NCBI RefSeq assembly: GCF_963921235.1
Contig: NC_086101.1
Coordinates: 4,342,001-4,406,000 of the forward strand
Length of the DNA: 64,000 nt
Direction of reading: 5' to 3'
DNA from: Mobula hypostoma
Taxonomy: Eukaryota
The notes under the pieces are model-generated. The model saw only the letters and a program-made list of their open reading frames with translations. It did not search any database and was not told the origin of the DNA. The translations under genes and the position numbers were made by a program. Of the stretch, positions 62,315 through 64,000 are shown one piece after another (within the stretch, counting starts at the first letter, position 1; every line of letters begins with the position of its first letter).

Positions 62315-64000
62315 GTGAGTGGGTGAGATCTCGGAGTGACGGTATTGGTGGCGGTTGCCCATCATATCCAATCATGACAGGAGAGCTGTGCGGGAGAGTT
62401 TTTAAAGGGGAGAGCCATTGCACCTGTACAATTCCACGCTCAGCTCTGGAAGTCTGGGTCCGGTGGTACAACCGGGGATTCCCTTGGTTGACCATGACTT
62501 TTTCGGTGCCTTGTCATGCCAATCACTCTTCATGGAGCATTGCAGAGCCACCTTTCTGGTCACTGGATCTCACTGTAGATCTCATCCACCCAGTCCGTTA
62601 CAGCTGACTTCACATGCTAGGGCTGGCATGTACCTATCTCACCAGGGTATGAGGCCCTCTAGCTGCCCTCACCTGGTTTAGCCCACCTTTCGAAGTGGTG
62701 TACCGAAGGGGTGTGGCTGCTGTCACATACAAACAGCTACTTGGAGCCACAGGTGAGAACTGAGCGTCCGGTGGGGACCAAAGGTAAGTGAGCTGTCCAA
62801 GAACGGCTACGACAAGCCCCTTCACCAGAGGTGCTACCCCTCTCCGGACGTCTCATGCACCTTGATGGTATTGGTTTATTATGGTCACGTAGCAAGGTGC
62901 AGTGAGAAGTTTGCCTCGCATACTGTTTGCAAAGATCACATCATTACAGCATGCTTTGAGGTAAGACAATGACCATGTGTAAAATCTACCGAAAAAGTGC
63001 AGTACTGGTCAACAATAAAGGTGCAAGATCTTATCGAGGTAGATTGCAAGATTAAGAATCCATTTTATCGTACGAAAGGTCCATTCAAGAGTCTAATAAC
63101 AGTGGGCTGGGAGCTGTCCTTGAAACTGATGTTATGTGCTTTTAGGCTTTTGTATATATACCTGATGAGAAAGGGGAGAAGAGAGAATGTCTGGAGTTGG
63201 TGGGGTGTTTGATTATGTTGGCAGAGAGAAGTATAGATGGAGTCCATGGAGAGGAAGCTGGTTTCTGTGATGTGCTGAACTGTGTCCACAACTCTGCAGT
63301 TTCCTTTGGTCACATACAAAGCAGTTGCCTGACCAAGACATGGTGCATGAATAAAAATTGGTGAGGGTTGACGGGGACTTGCCCTATTTTTTAGCCTCTT
63401 GAGGAGGTGGATTGATGAACTTTCTTTGACATCAAGGTGGTTGGACCAGGACAGAACAGAGAGGCATCCCTTTAGAGCAGAGATGAGGAATTTCTTACAT
63501 TAGAGGGCGGTGGATCTGTGGAATTCATTGCCTCAGGTGGCTATGGAAGCCAAGGCATTGAGTTATTGAGATTGATTGGCTCCTGATTAGTGATGGTGTC
63601 AAAGGCAGGAGAATGGGGATGAGAGGGAAAATAAATTAGCTGAGGTCTTATGGAAGGAGTAAGAAGGATTCTAAAGGTTCAGACTCGAGTGTAAGTTGAG
63701 AGAGGTTTTCCGGACAAAATTCAAGTTGTAGTTTATTGCCATCTGACTGTACACTTATACAACCAAACAAAACAGTGATCCTCCGGACCACGGTGCACCC
63801 ACAATATATATTAGATTAGATTAGATTATGAGGAGACACAGTCCTCTTTTATTGTCACTTAGTAATGCATGCATTAAGAAATGATACAATATTCCTCCGG
63901 TGTGATATCACAGAAACACAGGGACAGACCAAGACTAAAAAACTAACAAAACCACATAATTATAGCATATAGTTACAACAGTGCAAGCAATACCGTAACT

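Overview
Vertebrate genomic DNA, probably a cartilaginous fish such as a ray (inferred from the CR1/Rex-Babar/Penelope/Tc1 repeat mix, not from a database search). The + strand carries 13 internal GT-AG exons of the H3K9 methyltransferase gene EHMT2 (G9a), 12134-62314. They splice in phase into 1961 nt (~653 aa), from the N-terminal region through the acidic/NLS segment and Cys-rich region to just before the ankyrin repeats. The first exon(s) and the ankyrin/SET exons lie outside the window. The main surprise is that the single histone-mimic automethylation motif of mammalian G9a (HRARKT) occurs here as three separate phase-0 exons, each encoding HRARKS. The introns are packed with nested TEs: CR1, Rex/Babar, a full-length RTE, Penelope, Tc1, a Tigger4-like element, a Harbinger derivative, a solo LTR and SINEs. 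Bases 1-4280 are a decayed - strand endogenous retrovirus (RNase H, integrase, env) whose Env has a long post-cleavage subunit, as in loki-/spuma-like viruses. Two exons are preceded by local duplications of their own splice acceptor.
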